Shown here: positions 1 through 14,163 of the stretch, one piece after another
Layout of the letters: every line of letters begins with the position of its first letter
Position numbering within the stretch: the stretch's first letter is position 1
Assembly: GCF_022045235.1 (NCBI RefSeq)
Contig: NW_027266330.1
Span: 15,624,001-15,688,000 of the forward strand
DNA: 64,000 bases
Source: Haliotis cracherodii
Taxonomy: Eukaryota
Direction: 5' to 3'
Translations under genes and position numbers: made by a program
Notes under the pieces: generated by a model
What the model was told of the DNA's origin: nothing
The model's database searches: none
The model's input: the letters and a program-made list of their open reading frames with translations, nothing else

Positions 1-120
1 GGTTAATATAACAGCATATATATTCCATGACACATAAGTGTGTTTAATTTGTCAGACAGAGAGAAGAATATGGTAAGGTGTGTTCTATGGCACATTACTT
101 TAGTTCTTCAGTGAGACAGA

Positions 121-803
121 GAGGTGGATATAGCAAGGTATACTCTATATCAGTTTAGTGTGTTTCGTGGGTGTTACAAAGGGGAGGATATAGCAAGGTA
201 TTCTCTATAACAGTTTAGTGTGTTTCTTGGGTGTTACTAAGGGGAGGATATAGCAAGGTATACTCTATAACAGTTAAGTGTGTTTCTTGAGTGTTACTAA
301 GGGGAGGATATAGCAAGGTATACTCTATAACAGTTTAGTGTGTTTCTTGGGTGTTACTAAGGGGAGGATATAGCAAGGTATACTCTATAACAGTTTAGTG
401 TGTTTCTTGGGTGTTACTAAGGGGAGGATATAGCAAGGTATACTCTATAACAGTTTAGTGTGTTTCTTTGATGTAGCAAGGGGTGGATATAGTAAGGTAT
501 TCTCTATAACAGTTTAGTGTGTTTCCTGGGTGTAGCAAGGGGTGGATATAGCAAGTGATACTCAATGGTAGTTTAGTGTGTTTCTTGGGTGTTACAAAGG
601 GGAGAATATAGGAAGGTATTATCTATACCAGTTTAGTATGTTTCTTGGGTGTAACAGAGGGGTGGATTAAGCAAGGTATACTCTATAACAGTTTAGTGTG
701 TTTCTTGGCTGTAACAGAGGGGTGGATTAAGCAAGGTATACTCTATAACAGTTTAGTGTGTTTCTTTGGTGTAGCAAGGGGTGGATATAGCAAGTGATAC
801 CCT
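121..803. repeat. ~60-bp tandem repeat (about 11-12 copies)
   Basis: Unit ggggaggatatagcaaggtatactctataacagtttagtgtgtttcttgggtgttactaa recurs at ~60-bp period. Confidence 0.9.
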
Positions 804-2040
804 ATGACACTTCAGTATGTTTCTAAAGTCAGAAAAATAGAAGAGGTTATTTTTCCAGTCAGACAAGTACGGTGGCCCATAAGGGACATGGAGTCTGTTT
901 TTCCATATTTTGATATTTCACTAACTGTTATCGTAACCTTTTGCAAATTAACACGCGATGCGATGGGCGTGTTTCCTCGAGTTTATTTCTATGAGTCGGA
1001 AACCTACAATGAACCCGATTTTAGCATATATTTTTTTATGGAAATGGTTGTGTCGTTATATTAACATTGAAATTTTCATTAACATTTCCAAAATAGTAAT
1101 AAAAGCCACCCTCCAACTCAGTGAGGTACTCTTGGATTGACTCACCGGGAGTGACATGTCATGGTTAGTGATCAAGGATAAAAGAAACGCGCTGCTACAA
1201 CCCTTAATGTAAAAATTACTCTTAATGTAATTTTTTACATTAAGGGTTAATATCGTAAATATCGACCCTTAATGTAAAATATTCTTATAAACAAAGTTTG
1301 ATTGGAAATATAGGATAATTTTTGCTATTTTCACGATTTTTATTGTTTTTTGCTCGGTTTCTTGCAGTTATTCGTAATAAGCGACAGCGTGAGAAACTGA
1401 CTTTGCTCAGATCTGAGAACAAGAGGGACTATTATAAGAATGGCAGGCTCGTTATTGAGGACATGCCAGCTTCTTCTCTTGGAAGGTGATGAGCATCAGT
1501 TGTCGGCTCCAGTCGCAGATCACGACTCAAGTGGAACATCGTCAACTGTAGATCAGGAGCGGGTGCTGCCGTCAAGGTCGAAGGTTATGCAAAAACATAT
1601 CTTACATTGCAAGGAATATAGAAGATTTAACCAACAAACTGTCCGACATTGGCTTTGTTTCTTTTGTATCTGAAAATTGTTGCTTTATATGAAACATAGT
1701 CAATAGAAAATTACTTTAGTGACATTTTTCCAGAATATAAACTCTTTTGTTTACCAGCCACAAAAAGGCCCAAGTTAGGAAGGTATTCGGGAGGGATACT
1801 TTTGATAAAATATTCACTGGTAAGATATGTTATTGTTGTTCGATACAGAGAACATGTTATTACTATTCTGTTGGATAAAAGTATGTTTGGTTTTAGTAGA
1901 GCTACATTATGCTTTGTTTACATATATCCAGCCGGAGAGATCGACCTGGTATCATAACAAAGATAGACAAAATGGGAAGAGATTTTGCTGTTTTTTTATT
2001 GAGTACACTGGAAGAGTACCCAGCTGTTTACTTTTGTTAT

Positions 2041-2303
2041 TTGTTTGTTCGTTTGTTTGTTTGTTTGTTTGTTGTTTAACGCCGCACTCAGCAATATTCC
2101 AATTATATGACGGCGGTCTGTAATTAATCGAGTCTGGACCAGACAATCCAGTAGTCGACGCCGTGAGTATCGATCCACGCATTTGGGATATGATGACATG
2201 CAGGATCCAAGTCCGCGAGTCTGACCAGCCGATGCCGTTAGTCGCCTCTTACGACAAGAATGGGTTGCTGAAGACCTATTCTACCCCGGATCTTCACGGG
2301 TCC
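2041..2303 (-). mobile_element. SINE-like repeat, family A ((CAAA)n tail)
   Basis: The same ~270-bp sequence recurs near 12585, 19645, 25205, 26375, 28535, 28870, 46080 and 56365. Confidence 0.8.
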
Positions 2304-2550
2304 ATTGTACGTGAACAGTAGAACCGGTGTGACGCGGGACTATGTGGAGAACGATGTTTTTCACCATGTTGAAAGTAATATTTACTTAGTAAATTTTTTT
2401 ACACAATTTGAGATGGAAAAATATTCATGTGATGAATGATGAACTAACTTTGGAAAAAACTCTTTTGGAAATGTGTACAATTCTGAACATACATATTGTG
2501 GATGGAAGATTTGGAACTGACTATCAAATCGGTGACTGTATTGGGCTTTC

Positions 2551-2790
2551 AGTGAGTGAGTGAGTGAGTGAGTGAGTGAGTGAGTGAGTGAGTGAGTGAG
2601 TTAGGTTTAACGCCGCTTTTAAAAGTATTCGGTAACACCCACGAGCACGGGTATGGTGCTGACAAACCTAGCTACATAATCGGGGCGAACCGGGATTCGA
2701 ACCCACAATCAAAGGTTTGCTGGCGTGCCCAAGGGACGCAACCACAGCGTATCGTGGTGCCTTAGACGACTGGGCCACCCGTGCCCCCTA
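2551..2790 (-). mobile_element. tRNA-derived SINE, family C ((ACTC)n tail)
   Basis: B box gggttcgaatccc on the minus strand; homologous to 44931 and 45345; (GAGT)n tail on plus. Confidence 0.75.
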
Positions 2791-3299
2791 TTGGGCATTT
2801 AGGGTGTAGTGTGATATAGTATGGTTTAGCATCGAGTGACATGTTCCCCGATGATGATGAATGTCTCTGTAAAAAAAACATGAACGGTGCTATTATTTAA
2901 ATGTGTTCAGAATAAGCTAAAAATAACTCATACCTTATTAAGCATCACAACGTTTTCAATAAATACAGAAAACTGTGTGGAAACCAAGAAGGACCAGTTT
3001 GCACAATGTGAAAGGAGTGACCTAGAAAATGCAGAAGCGGTAGACTGGGACATCATAAAGCGTGTGTCTGGACGACCGCAACGACCCATCCCTATTGATA
3101 TACAAGACTGGGGGGAGGGGGGGGGAGTATTTCTCGTCGCTGAATTCTGAACCAATGGGTATTCAGGATAACCGTGGTGAGGTGGAAAACATAGTGACAT
3201 GTAAAGAACTGACAACTGATTAGAATCCCCAATCACCAGATCCGAACTTTTTGAAAGCATCAGTCCTAAGAAACATAGTACATCAGCTGGCCTTGGCCA

Positions 3300-4650
3300 C
3301 ATCTAAGACATTCTACACACATGGTTTGAGTTCTAAAATGGGTAAAATGTTACAATCCATCTACAGTAATGTAAAGGCGTGTGTTTGTTCAAACAACAGG
3401 GTATCTGGTATATTTGTTGCTTCATGAGTGTGAGGCAAGGGTGTATGCTTTGTCCCTTTTTGTTTCAGTTTTTGTTATAAACGAATTGGTTACTGAAATG
3501 GAACAAAATTGTCGTTTTGGTGTTAAGTTAAATCCGGAATTTATATATATTTTTCTACTTCTATTTGCGGAAGACCTTATTGTGTTTGGCAATATTGTCA
3601 ACAACATACAAATTAAGTTGAATATCTTGCATGATGACTGTTGTAAATGGGAAATGCCAGTCAATCTATCGAAAACAAAAATAGTTGTTTTTCAACAATA
3701 GGTTTATCACGTTATGAACAAAATGGTTTTATGATGGAAATGCGTATGAAGTAGTTACTGGATACAGTTATCTTGTCTTGTATTTTAGCAATAGATTACT
3801 GTGGTCGAATGCTTAAATAATATTGCAATTCAGGCAAGAAAGGTGTTCATTGTCCTGTTAATTAGTATACATACCTTGAACCCATACTCGTCTCACTTTT
3901 ACTTTCAATGTTTTGATACAAAGATAACACCAATACTTCTATACGGGGCAGAAATTTGGGGGTTCAGTGAAATAGAACCGAGTCTGGCAGATGTTCTATT
4001 CAGTCGCTCGCTGTTTTGAAATGTGTCAAATATTGGCTGTCTCTTTATAATATGCAGGAATCTAGCTTACCCCAAAAAATGTTCCAACAAGTTGCGGTTG
4101 TACGATGAACAAGGCCACGTAAATTGGGTAACGAAACTTAAAGCTGTTATTTTCAGATTATGATTTGGTGATGACTGGTATTTTCAATCATGTGGTAATA
4201 AAACCGCATTTTTAAATATGTTACGACAGCGGTTAAACTTTTTTTCAGGTTTGGCATAGTGATCTATGCGAAAGCCACTAAATTATTTCTTATGCACAAT
4301 TTAAAACATCCATTTCATGTAAGAACTATTTGAGTGGTATAACTGTAAATAAATTCAGGACCACATTGACTTGTTTTCGGCTGAGGCAAAGTATTTACAT
4401 CCTTCCAAATATTCTGAAGTTTAATACACTACTGTCATCGCAAGACCCCATTATCAATATGAATACAGAAAAGTACTTGTTTTACGCCAATGCTGTAAGA
4501 ACACAAGTACTCCGACTTTGATCATACGCAATTATGTTACAGCTGCTTTTTTTTAAAATGCAAAGGAATGTATTGTATTTTATACTGTTTGCACCTTAAT
4601 TGTATTGCGTTTGTACAAAAAAGCCCGTGGCCTACAAGTACTGAATAAAG
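3300..4650 (+). pseudogene. Degenerate non-LTR retrotransposon (LINE) RT and 3' fragment
   Basis: Frameshifted RT motifs: VRQGC.L.P.LF, LLFAEDL (FADD-like), VNLSKTK, PILLYGAEIWG; AATAAA near 4645. Confidence 0.75.
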
Positions 4651-7600
4651 TGAAGATTAATTATTCGTAATGGAATATATTCTTCCTTCAACTGTGGCTT
4701 TTTCTCAAGAACAACAAAAAGTAGAGCCATGGAACTTGTGTGAGTCCACTGACCCTTCATATTCCAACAACCTCTCAACAACGACAACCTGGTCGTTATT
4801 TACACGGGTTTTTTTATGGGTCAAAACTCACGATTTTGAAACATCTTGGTACAAGGGTGTATCTAGGGACACTATACAATATGACTTTATGAACGTTACT
4901 ATCTTGCTTCCATGGAAACGGAAAGGGCATCTGCAGAGCTGATTAATCCATATTCAGATATTTTGTTCAAATTTGGTATTTAGATACAATGTATTTCACA
5001 ACTCAACCGAATAGGTTTTCTTACCATCATGGCAATATAACTGAGGCATCTGATTGGTCGAAATTTAGTTGTTCGATTTCGTTAAAAGGGATATTTAGGT
5101 ATATTTTTGCACACAAAGCATATTTTATTACAGTACCAACGGAATGGAGTCCTCTGATTGGTCAAAATTTAGATAGCTAACCCTATTTAAGACTATTTTA
5201 CATTTAGAGTAATTTTTACATTAAAGGTTGTAACAAGAGTTAACCCGCAACCCTAAATGTAAAATATTTTTACATTTAGAGTAATTTTTTCATTAAAGGT
5301 TGTAACAAGAGTTATCCCGCAACCCTAAATGTAAAATATTTTTACATTAAGAGTAATTTTTCCATTAAAGGTTGTTACGACGCGCACCTGTCGAAACGTG
5401 GCCAATGACGTAGCTCACCTGTAAGACATCTTCCACCATCGTAACAGTTCACGTCGATTGCATTAGATTAATGCACATGAAAAATACTCTATCAGAAAAG
5501 AAAAGAACTATACGATGAATTAAAGATAGTCATTGAGTGATACCAAAAGACTGGAAGACCTATAGTAACACGTGACCTTATTTAAATCACAATGTATTTC
5601 TCTGTATTTTCACACGTCAGAAGCATAACATTTTTACTAAATATCTTGCAAAAAATATAATTAATTGAGTAAACATTGCATAGTGCCCTGTGACTCAACC
5701 CCTTTGTCCATGAAACATATTTTAAAAACTACATTTATCAAGCGGAAACTGATAAAACCACAACTAGTTCAGCTGACGTTCAAAAATTGCATATGAATTC
5801 GTCCGATACCAAAATCGTTCATTTTAAAGAGTATTTGTCGCGTTTCTAGCACAGCAGCTGCAACCGAGGCGGCGAGGTATTGCCTGTAATATCTTTTATG
5901 ATAAGAAAAACACTGAAACAATTTTAAAATGTAGGAGGACAACCCTGAAAACATAATAAATGTAGAGCGGCCAATGAATCTTAGCCTGGGGCACGGTCCT
6001 AATGTACAACAGACCCCGACAGATAACGTAGGGACATTTTGCACCTTTTCCTTTTAGTCAAGATAGACATGTTTGTGCTCATTCAACTCTCTATATTATA
6101 CCTGAGGTTCAAAAAATCAGTTAGTCCCATTTTTCTTGTCGGCCATTTTGGCAACCATTTTGGATTTCAAAATGGCCGACATGTTCGACTATATTTTTGT
6201 ACTTTTCCTGGTTACCTTTACAAGTTAGACATGTTTTTGCTCATTCAACCGTCTGTACTACAAGGCGCAAGAAAGCCATTGGTCCCATTTTCTTGTCATT
6301 TCTTAAATTTCTTGAATTTAAAAATGGCCGACATTTTGACTGTACGCAATTACAATTCAGACTCTTTCCTTTTCATTCAACTCAAACGTCATACTGTTTG
6401 AACTATTGGAAGATGACTTAAAGGATGACTCAAAACATTAAAGGTGTTTCGAAATTAGTAGAAGCACACAACAAAGGCTACTGAAAAAAATAATTGACAG
6501 ATATTTCTATTGTATCTTTCAAACCAACGCTGTACTGTCACAGAGACCAATGCAGCACGTAATGATACAGGTGTAGTACCTGTGAACGTGTGCGACATGA
6601 AGGCTGTATTGTGCGTGTTAAGATTTGCACTTCTGTGCTAGTGCTAGCGCCCTGAATACGCGCCCTGAATACCCTTTATCCAAAACAAACTAAAGCCTCC
6701 TCTTAACCTCATTGAGCCTCTCAACATGTAATGTATTCCCGAATGAATGTCATCCTTGATCATTACGTGTGCATGTTTGCATTTATATAGAATTGTTAAC
6801 TCACATTAACCCGTGTTCCAATGTTAGGAACTGGGATTGGTTATCACTTGTAATAATCAAGCCCCAAAAATCATTGCCTAATGGTAGCTCATTAAAAAAT
6901 ACTTTCATATTTCAGGGCCTTAGCTTCACACGAAAAACTTGATGACCCAACAACACAATGACCTTGACCTTCACGTGTCAACTTGACCTGGACAATTTAC
7001 TAGAATGTCAAGTCGGTGACATCATTACGTCTGTGAAAGCTCCATGAAACCATCTGCTGGTCCCATGCAACCGGGGAGTGTCCCAATCGCTGACGGATAA
7101 AGAAATGAATATTTAAACATTCACGGATACGGTTAGGTAGTTCTCCATTATGTATTGTTTGACACACAAAAAAAGAGATTGACGAGGAAGGTGCTCCTCG
7201 TTCCATTAATAACGTGCACAGGTGTAGCCATTTGAAGAGGCTTAAGGTAGCCCATTACCACCGGGGCATAAACTTTCCGCCGCCTAACTGATTAGTTGAG
7301 ACTGACGTTCACATAATGTATTCGTAGGCGTCTTGATTAATATTTTTTTTAAAAGCTGTATAAAACGAATAATTTCTATCTTCATTATTTAAATTGGAAA
7401 ATGAACGTTTTTTTCTCAATATATTTATCTTGAAGTATCTAACTATTATTTATTTTATTTAATTTATGCACATATTTCATTTTTTTGTAATAATAATTCA
7501 TATTGTGTGTGTGTGTTTGTGGGGGGGGGGGGGGGCGGTCGTCGGTAACAAAGGACCGACGTTTTGTACATTATTACATATATTATATCAGCTTGTTCGC

Positions 7601-8496
7601 TGATACTATAATAACTCGCGGAGAATTATGGGTGACACGTGACCTTTAGCAACCTCTGTTGTGGCATAAGTGAGTGAGTGTATGTGTATTGAACAGTATT
7701 TTAGTTGTATCACTGCGTGTTAACTTGACGTGAGAGGAAAGGCTGAAGTGTTGCACCCAATGTAATAGGATCCTGACGCACCTAAGGGTCACAATTCTTC
7801 AAAACGAATCGTCGTCCTGATAATCATTGATCAAAACTATAAATATAATTTTCATCTATTATGCCCTTTTCTCCTGGTGGAATCTATTTGGCGGTTGATC
7901 GAGACTGCTTGTTCTCCGGCCTTGACGTTTTATATTTTAAAAGGTTTTGTGAGTGAAACAGAAAAGATACTTACCAAGGGAAATATTCACACGCAGTGAA
8001 AAGTACGATTTCCGAGATCAAAACCCCCAAAACAACTTATAACAAAATCATCCGATTCCAGTTCATGTAGGAGACAAATATTATGTGGTTTCAGATTTGC
8101 TGATTCTATTGAGTATTCGAAGCACGGAAATTTCATTAAGGACCGACAGCACTAACTGTTTCGGGACATCGTTACTCAACAAAACAAGGAAATTGCAGAT
8201 ACAGAATGTGTATTGACTTTGTAAGAGGCAACATTTATTAATCATTTTCTGAATCACTCTCCATCTACGTGAACTCTCACGGTCGTGAAACAGACATGAC
8301 GTCACTCCAGAATGCTATGACTTCACGATTGGTGGCTATGACGTCATTTCACAAAAATGTTATGTTAAATAATATTCGAGGGCCCACATATTTATTTAAT
8401 AAATGTACAATTACATATATATCATACATTATACCTTCCGAAATGCACAGTTTGTGACGAGCCTCCGCAATTTTTCGAGGCAAGAGCTAGGAGTAC

Positions 8497-10771
8497 TAAC
8501 AACGCGTGTCGGTCTGACGTTGATTAATGTTCAGGATGGCAGACGGTCGATGTACACAAAAATGGGGATTAACAAATAGGATTAGCATCTAATAAATAAC
8601 AGCAATTAAGTGTTTCAAGGCATATAGATGTCATGGCTCCAGGGTAATGAGCCTTTGCAATTAAATGTTCTTCAGACAATGGATGTCGTAAATCAGTCGC
8701 TATGACAACTTCCCTCCGTTACGTGAAGCTTGGACCCCAAGCTTACATGAGTCAAAATTGATATGTGTGAACTTTTTCACCAACGAAAACGACCATGCAA
8801 ATATGAACAAAATCAGTTACATGAAATCCTTATGCAACAAATATATCTATGCAATGGCGGTATGAAAGTGATCATCTAGCCAATTTGAATTAGTGCCAGT
8901 TTGAAAACTAACCAAGTGATCTTTGTAATGTGTAATTTCACTACAAGGTAATTACCGCTTTGCACAGATTCAATAAATGTATCACTGAAGGTTCTTTGAA
9001 ATCAAGAGTCTAGTTTGGCGGTGCGACTCAGTACCGAATAAAGATAATGAGTAATGTCATAAAAAGCACAAATTAAACATCTCAGCAAATATTTCGCATA
9101 AAGAAATTTGAAACCAGGAGTCTAGCTTTACCGCGTGACTCAAACGGTACTTGTGGGTACTATTGCCCTTTTAAGTACAATGGGTGCTCTTCCCGTGTCT
9201 TTGACGGAGCTTGCCCAGATATTTTGGGTGCGATGCCCAAGAAAAAAAATAACATCCTTAATTCCGACATCAAAACTCTGAAATGCTGAATACTGCTGTG
9301 CTGTTAATTACTTAAAACTGACATACAATAAACATATGTGTAGGGGTGGCTCACCCAAGAATATCCCTAATCTGAATTCAAAGTCCTAGACAATACATTC
9401 AGTTTTGTACCAAACTGTGCACATTAATTACTTGTAACAAATGATAAATTTTGTCGTTTAGATTTTTGAAATTACGAGTCGAGCTTAGAGGTGTGACTCG
9501 ATAACCCTACAGCTTAGGTTTGTCTGGGCCCTAGCTGCAACTATATTTCTGGCGTGGCCTGGAGACATTTCCAAAGATTCCCTACACAATAACTTCAAAG
9601 ATTTAGCTTGACTAAAGATGTAATTTGGAGTATATTGCACACATACAAAACTGAATTTTGGAAAGACACATTTTGGCATTATTATACTGGCTTTGATTAA
9701 ACATACCTGGTGGCACTTTTCAACAGTCAAATAATATATTATCCTTGATTGAGTCCATGTAAGTAAACACAAATTAGTAAGTCCCAATGAGATATCTTGT
9801 ACACAGTGTCCTTCTTGTAGGTGCCCGTGAGGCGGTTTCTGTATTGTGCAGGGTCTGCATGAAGATGGCTGTGGTCGGGTCTCTGTGGGATAGGCGTGTA
9901 TACTTCTTTTCTTAGGTCATGTGCAGGAACGACATCTTGAAGGGAAAGTCTTAGCAGTGTTGCTAAGATATTCGAGCAGGATAGGTTTGGGATCGGAGAA
10001 CTTGTTCTTGATCGGAGAGGTTCTTGTTCTTTCTTCAATCTTGTTAAAGGCCATTTCTTCGTTCTTGGTGATTGGCCTCCAGGAAGGTAGTATATCCTTT
10101 TAATAAGAGATAGTCACTTCCTACAGTTTTGTGAACCATGTGCCATGCTGCAAAGAGGTACAGGAAAGGACAGACTAAGAAGTCTGTCATACCCGATAGG
10201 TCCACCAAATTAACAACGCGTGTCGGTCTGACGTTGATTAATGAACAATTTGCATACTCTTATATGCAAGAGGCCGATGTATGATTCTCAGTCGGAAGTG
10301 ACAACTTGGAGACGATGGCCTGCGGTATATACAGTTTTACTTAATACATGTAGATATATACATACAAAAGACACTATGTGCCAGGTCAGCACATAGTGGT
10401 TGTGGTTGTTGTCTTGGTACCCCGGAGCACCCAGCCTAACCCTAGCTAGGCTAAGGGTAAGACCTTTTTTTCTCCTTCTCTCCTCCTCAATCTCTCTGGA
10501 CCAAGGCTTAAATAGCCAAGGTCACCTAACATTTAGTAAGTAATAAATATAAATGTAAACAGTAAATTATCAGTGACATACTTGCACATCCTGTTCAGGA
10601 TGGCAGACGGTCGATGTACACAAAAATGGGGATTAACAAATAGGATTAGCATCTAATAAATAACAGCAATTAAGTGTTTCAAGGCATATAGATGTCATGG
10701 CTCCAGGGTAATGAGCCTTTGCAATCAAATGTTCTTCAGACAATGGATGTTGTAAATCAGTCGCTATGACA
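8497..10771 (-). mobile_element. Internally deleted Gypsy-type LTR retrotransposon
   Basis: Direct repeats 8497-8707 and 10211-10771 (start TGTCA on minus); GTAC 4-bp TSD on both sides; PBS TGGTGGACCTATCGGG just inside the 5' LTR; PPT CGGAGGGAAGT before the 3' LTR; pol-like remnant (AFNKIEE..SP..FSDPKP). Confidence 0.8.
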
Positions 10772-12108
10772 GTACCAATCTTTGACCACGTTTACAGATT
10801 TTGCAGGCACCACGAAGACACGTCGATATAACATTTTATCGACTTTCGCTAAAGAATAAAATAACAGCAAGCATATAATTTAAGATGCGGAATTAGAAAA
10901 AACGATATTCGGCCGCTATTTATTGACTTTTACATATGCATATATACAAAAAAGCTCAAACAAGATCATTAAAATTCACTCGGCATTGAAAAGAACGTTA
11001 TTTAAAACTCCTACAATTGTTCAAACATGTTGTCTAATATTCATAATTATCATATAGGAACTATAAAGTGTCAATCAAGGGGCCGCGTGCGCGCTTGAAC
11101 ACCTGCTTGTGGGAAGGGCTGGTCGCTGAGGGCATCTCAAAATATGATTCGTCATTTGTCAGAAAAGTGGTCCAATAACTGACAAATAGTAAAGGTTTTG
11201 TCCTTGTGAACTGTAGATAAGTCCAGGACCATTGAACTCAGAAAACCTTATATCGCCGTATCAAACTTGTATCAGAAAAGAAGAAGCAAGTTGCACTTTT
11301 GATACAGCCCCTTCAGCTAGGCAGCATGCTTCAGCTGAGCGCTCAAAGATTTCGTACACAGTATGGATAATGTAATCTAGATCATATATTAACTTCAGAA
11401 ACACAGTTATAATATTTCCAAAACTCTGGCACTCTTGGGCTTCATCGCTTTAATTATTTGTTTTGTTAAGATAATATATGTATTTATTAGTCATTAAATA
11501 TCGATTGCATATACAGTAAAATACGTTTATAACGAACACGCTTATCACGAACTGACCGATATAACAAACTTATTTTTTAGTCCCGGCCATTTGTTGCATA
11601 TATGCTGTATATATGCTTATAACGAACTACGGTTATTACGAACTAAAATAAGTGGTCCGTTGGTATGTTTTTACATGGATCGGGTTTTCCCCGATCTGAT
11701 CCGTGGAAAAATTTAATCGATTTGCCTCCTGTGAAAGGGGAGTAGCAGCACGTTCTGACTTTATGCATTCAAATATAAACTAGGTTGCCGCTAACTGGTG
11801 AGATATGTCGATTTAAAGTATAAAGACATTTTTACCATCCCAGTAACCCTTAACCACGTTGGTATGTAAGGGATTGTGCTAATCGTGATTTTTTATTGTC
11901 AATAAAGGTAGTAAAAATAAGAACAAAATAAAGATTTAAAGTATATGTTAATCATACTTCAATTTAAATTTAAAGAATATGGAGGTAGAACTTTTTATAT
12001 TTTTCTGTTGTAAACAAAAATGATGAGGGAAGAATATTTTGTACATGTTTTGTACATATACGATGTTAGTTGTTTGGCATGGATAACACTGTCTGTTTCA
12101 TATGACGT

Positions 12109-12270
12109 GGGGCGGTGAGGTAGCCTATTGGTTAAAGGGTTCGCTGGCACGCCGAGGACCCAGGTTCGATTCCCGATATGGGTAAAATGTGTGAAGCCCA
12201 TTTTTGGTGTCCCCCGCCGTGATATTGCTGGAATATGTCTAAAAGCGGCGTAAAACCACACTCACTCATT
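12109..12270 (+). mobile_element. tRNA-derived SINE, family B
   Basis: A/B boxes (tagcctattgg, ggttcgattccc), (ACTC)n tail, flanking direct repeat ttcatatgacgtgggg. Confidence 0.85.
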
Positions 12271-12584
12271 CATATGACGTGGGGATTTTTTCAAATATTT
12301 TTTTTTTTGTGGCGATAATAAAGACTGGCATCTTTAAAGTGGCATCATTTCCTTTTTGTTGTTTGCCTTATATCTCAGTCATACATTAAACTAAGTAGTC
12401 GGGGTGTCTCGATACATGATACAACTGCACTGTACCAGAGCAATGTAGTGTTCATGTGCTGCACAAGGACAAAGTTGAGAGTACACATTTTATCTTATAC
12501 AGGTTGAAATATCTTATACGATTTTATATAATTTCAACATGATAACGTCTAACTGTAAATCCGAATAAAATGCATTAAGTTGAG

Positions 12585-12861
12585 TTTTGTTTGTTTGTTT
12601 GTTTGTTGTTTCACGCCACACTCATCAATATTCCAGCTATATGACGGCAGTCTGCAAATAAATCGAGTCTGGATTAGACATTCCAGTGATTGACATCATG
12701 AGCAAACTATCTACGCAATTGGGATACGATGACATGCATCAACCAAGTCAGCGAGCCTGACCACCCGATCCCGATAGTCACCTCTTACGACAAGCATAGT
12801 CGCCTTTTACGGCTAGCATCGGTTGCTGAAGACCTATTCTACCCCGGATCTTAACGGGTCG
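12585..12861 (-). mobile_element. SINE-like repeat, family A
   Basis: Homologous to 2041-2303. Confidence 0.8.
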
Positions 12862-12910
12862 CATTAAGTGAAATCAAGTTCATTGCATGTTTCTTTCAGT
12901 GTAGTAGTAG

Positions 12911-13068
12911 TGAGTGTTTGAGTATGCTTTTACGCCGCAATATTCCAACAATATCATGGCGGGGGACACCAGAAATGGGTTTCACACATTGTACCCATGT
13001 CGGGAATAGAACCCACGTCTTCGGCGTGACGAACGAACGCTTTAACCTCTAGGCTACCCGACCGGCCC
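12911..13068 (-). mobile_element. tRNA-derived SINE, family B
   Basis: Reverse complement of the family B sequence. Confidence 0.8.
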
Positions 13069-13883
13069 AGTGAAGTAGTATTTGTTCAACAGTAACATAG
13101 GCCCATGTTACACATTAAGAAGTACAGAGTGAGAAAGTATATTTTAATAAAGACTGTCTCACAATAACATGGTACATACAAGGATAAACGTTTTAAGATG
13201 GTTGCATTTGATGATAGCATAAGCATATTCAATTTTTGGATTGTTGGATTTTCATAAAATCTTAAAGGAATGTTCTTACGTCGCAATGCGTGATGCTATT
13301 ACACATAAGTAAGAATTGATATTCATCTTTTATATATGGCGTTGACAGATATTACATCATATCTCCTTTCTGGCTTCTCCGGTATACCCGCCAAGTTCTA
13401 TTCGTAGTTTATGAGAAGCAGATTTAAGCTAAGCAAGAGTTTAGCAAATAGTTGACTGTGCGGTTCAACACCGAAAATACCTTTTTACAACGAGAATCCA
13501 AATGTTTTGGTGCCTTTTATAAATGTAGAATACCATTCTGGTTGATACGAAACGTTGAGCCAATATAAAAAGTCATCTAAAAATAACTTTTCATTCCGAA
13601 CCATCTGCTCTTGCGAAACAAATCCGCATCAGTGGACGAGCAATGCATGCTTTATCCCAGACGCCCAGCTTTTAAAACCATTACTTTCAATTTTTAAATG
13701 CTTATTATAACATTTCTTGACATAACGATCACTCGGCGTTTTAAATATTTTACACTAATGTTTAATAGACCTTTTGAGGGTGTAAATATATAATGTATAT
13801 CTTTAACATTTGCCTCGCACAACATACGCTCACACAGAGGGGTTATGTCTTAAAAATTGTTTACAAGCTGCTAAATGTACAAA

Positions 13884-14163
13884 TTCTATTTGCTTGGCAA
13901 TGGCAATCTATAGCGAAACGTCGACTTTACAGAACTTAAAGAAGTTGTTATCCATAATAGTGTCTACTTTGTCATCCGTCAACTTCTAAGTAATGCCTAT
14001 CAAACAATTCAAGTTCTGTTTGCTTTACAATGGTATAAGGATCTATACCGAAAGGTCGACTTTACAGTACTTAAAGAAGTCGTTATCCATAATAGTGTCT
14101 ACTTTGTCATCCGTCAACTTCTAAGTAATGTCTATCAAACTATTCAAGTTCTATTTGCTTGAC
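13884..14163. repeat. Tandem duplication of ~135 bp
   Basis: tcgactttacag.acttaaagaagt...ttcaagttct.tttgctt occurs twice in tandem. Confidence 0.8.

Larger units (their letters stand above)
1193..5379. mobile_element. Non-autonomous TIR DNA element carrying nested SINE/LINE insertions
   Basis: 1193-1231 (tgctacaacccttaatgtaaaaattactcttaatgtaa) is the inverted copy of 5341-5379; the right end is tandemly triplicated (5190-5379); ACGCGC flanks both ends as a candidate TSD. Confidence 0.55.
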
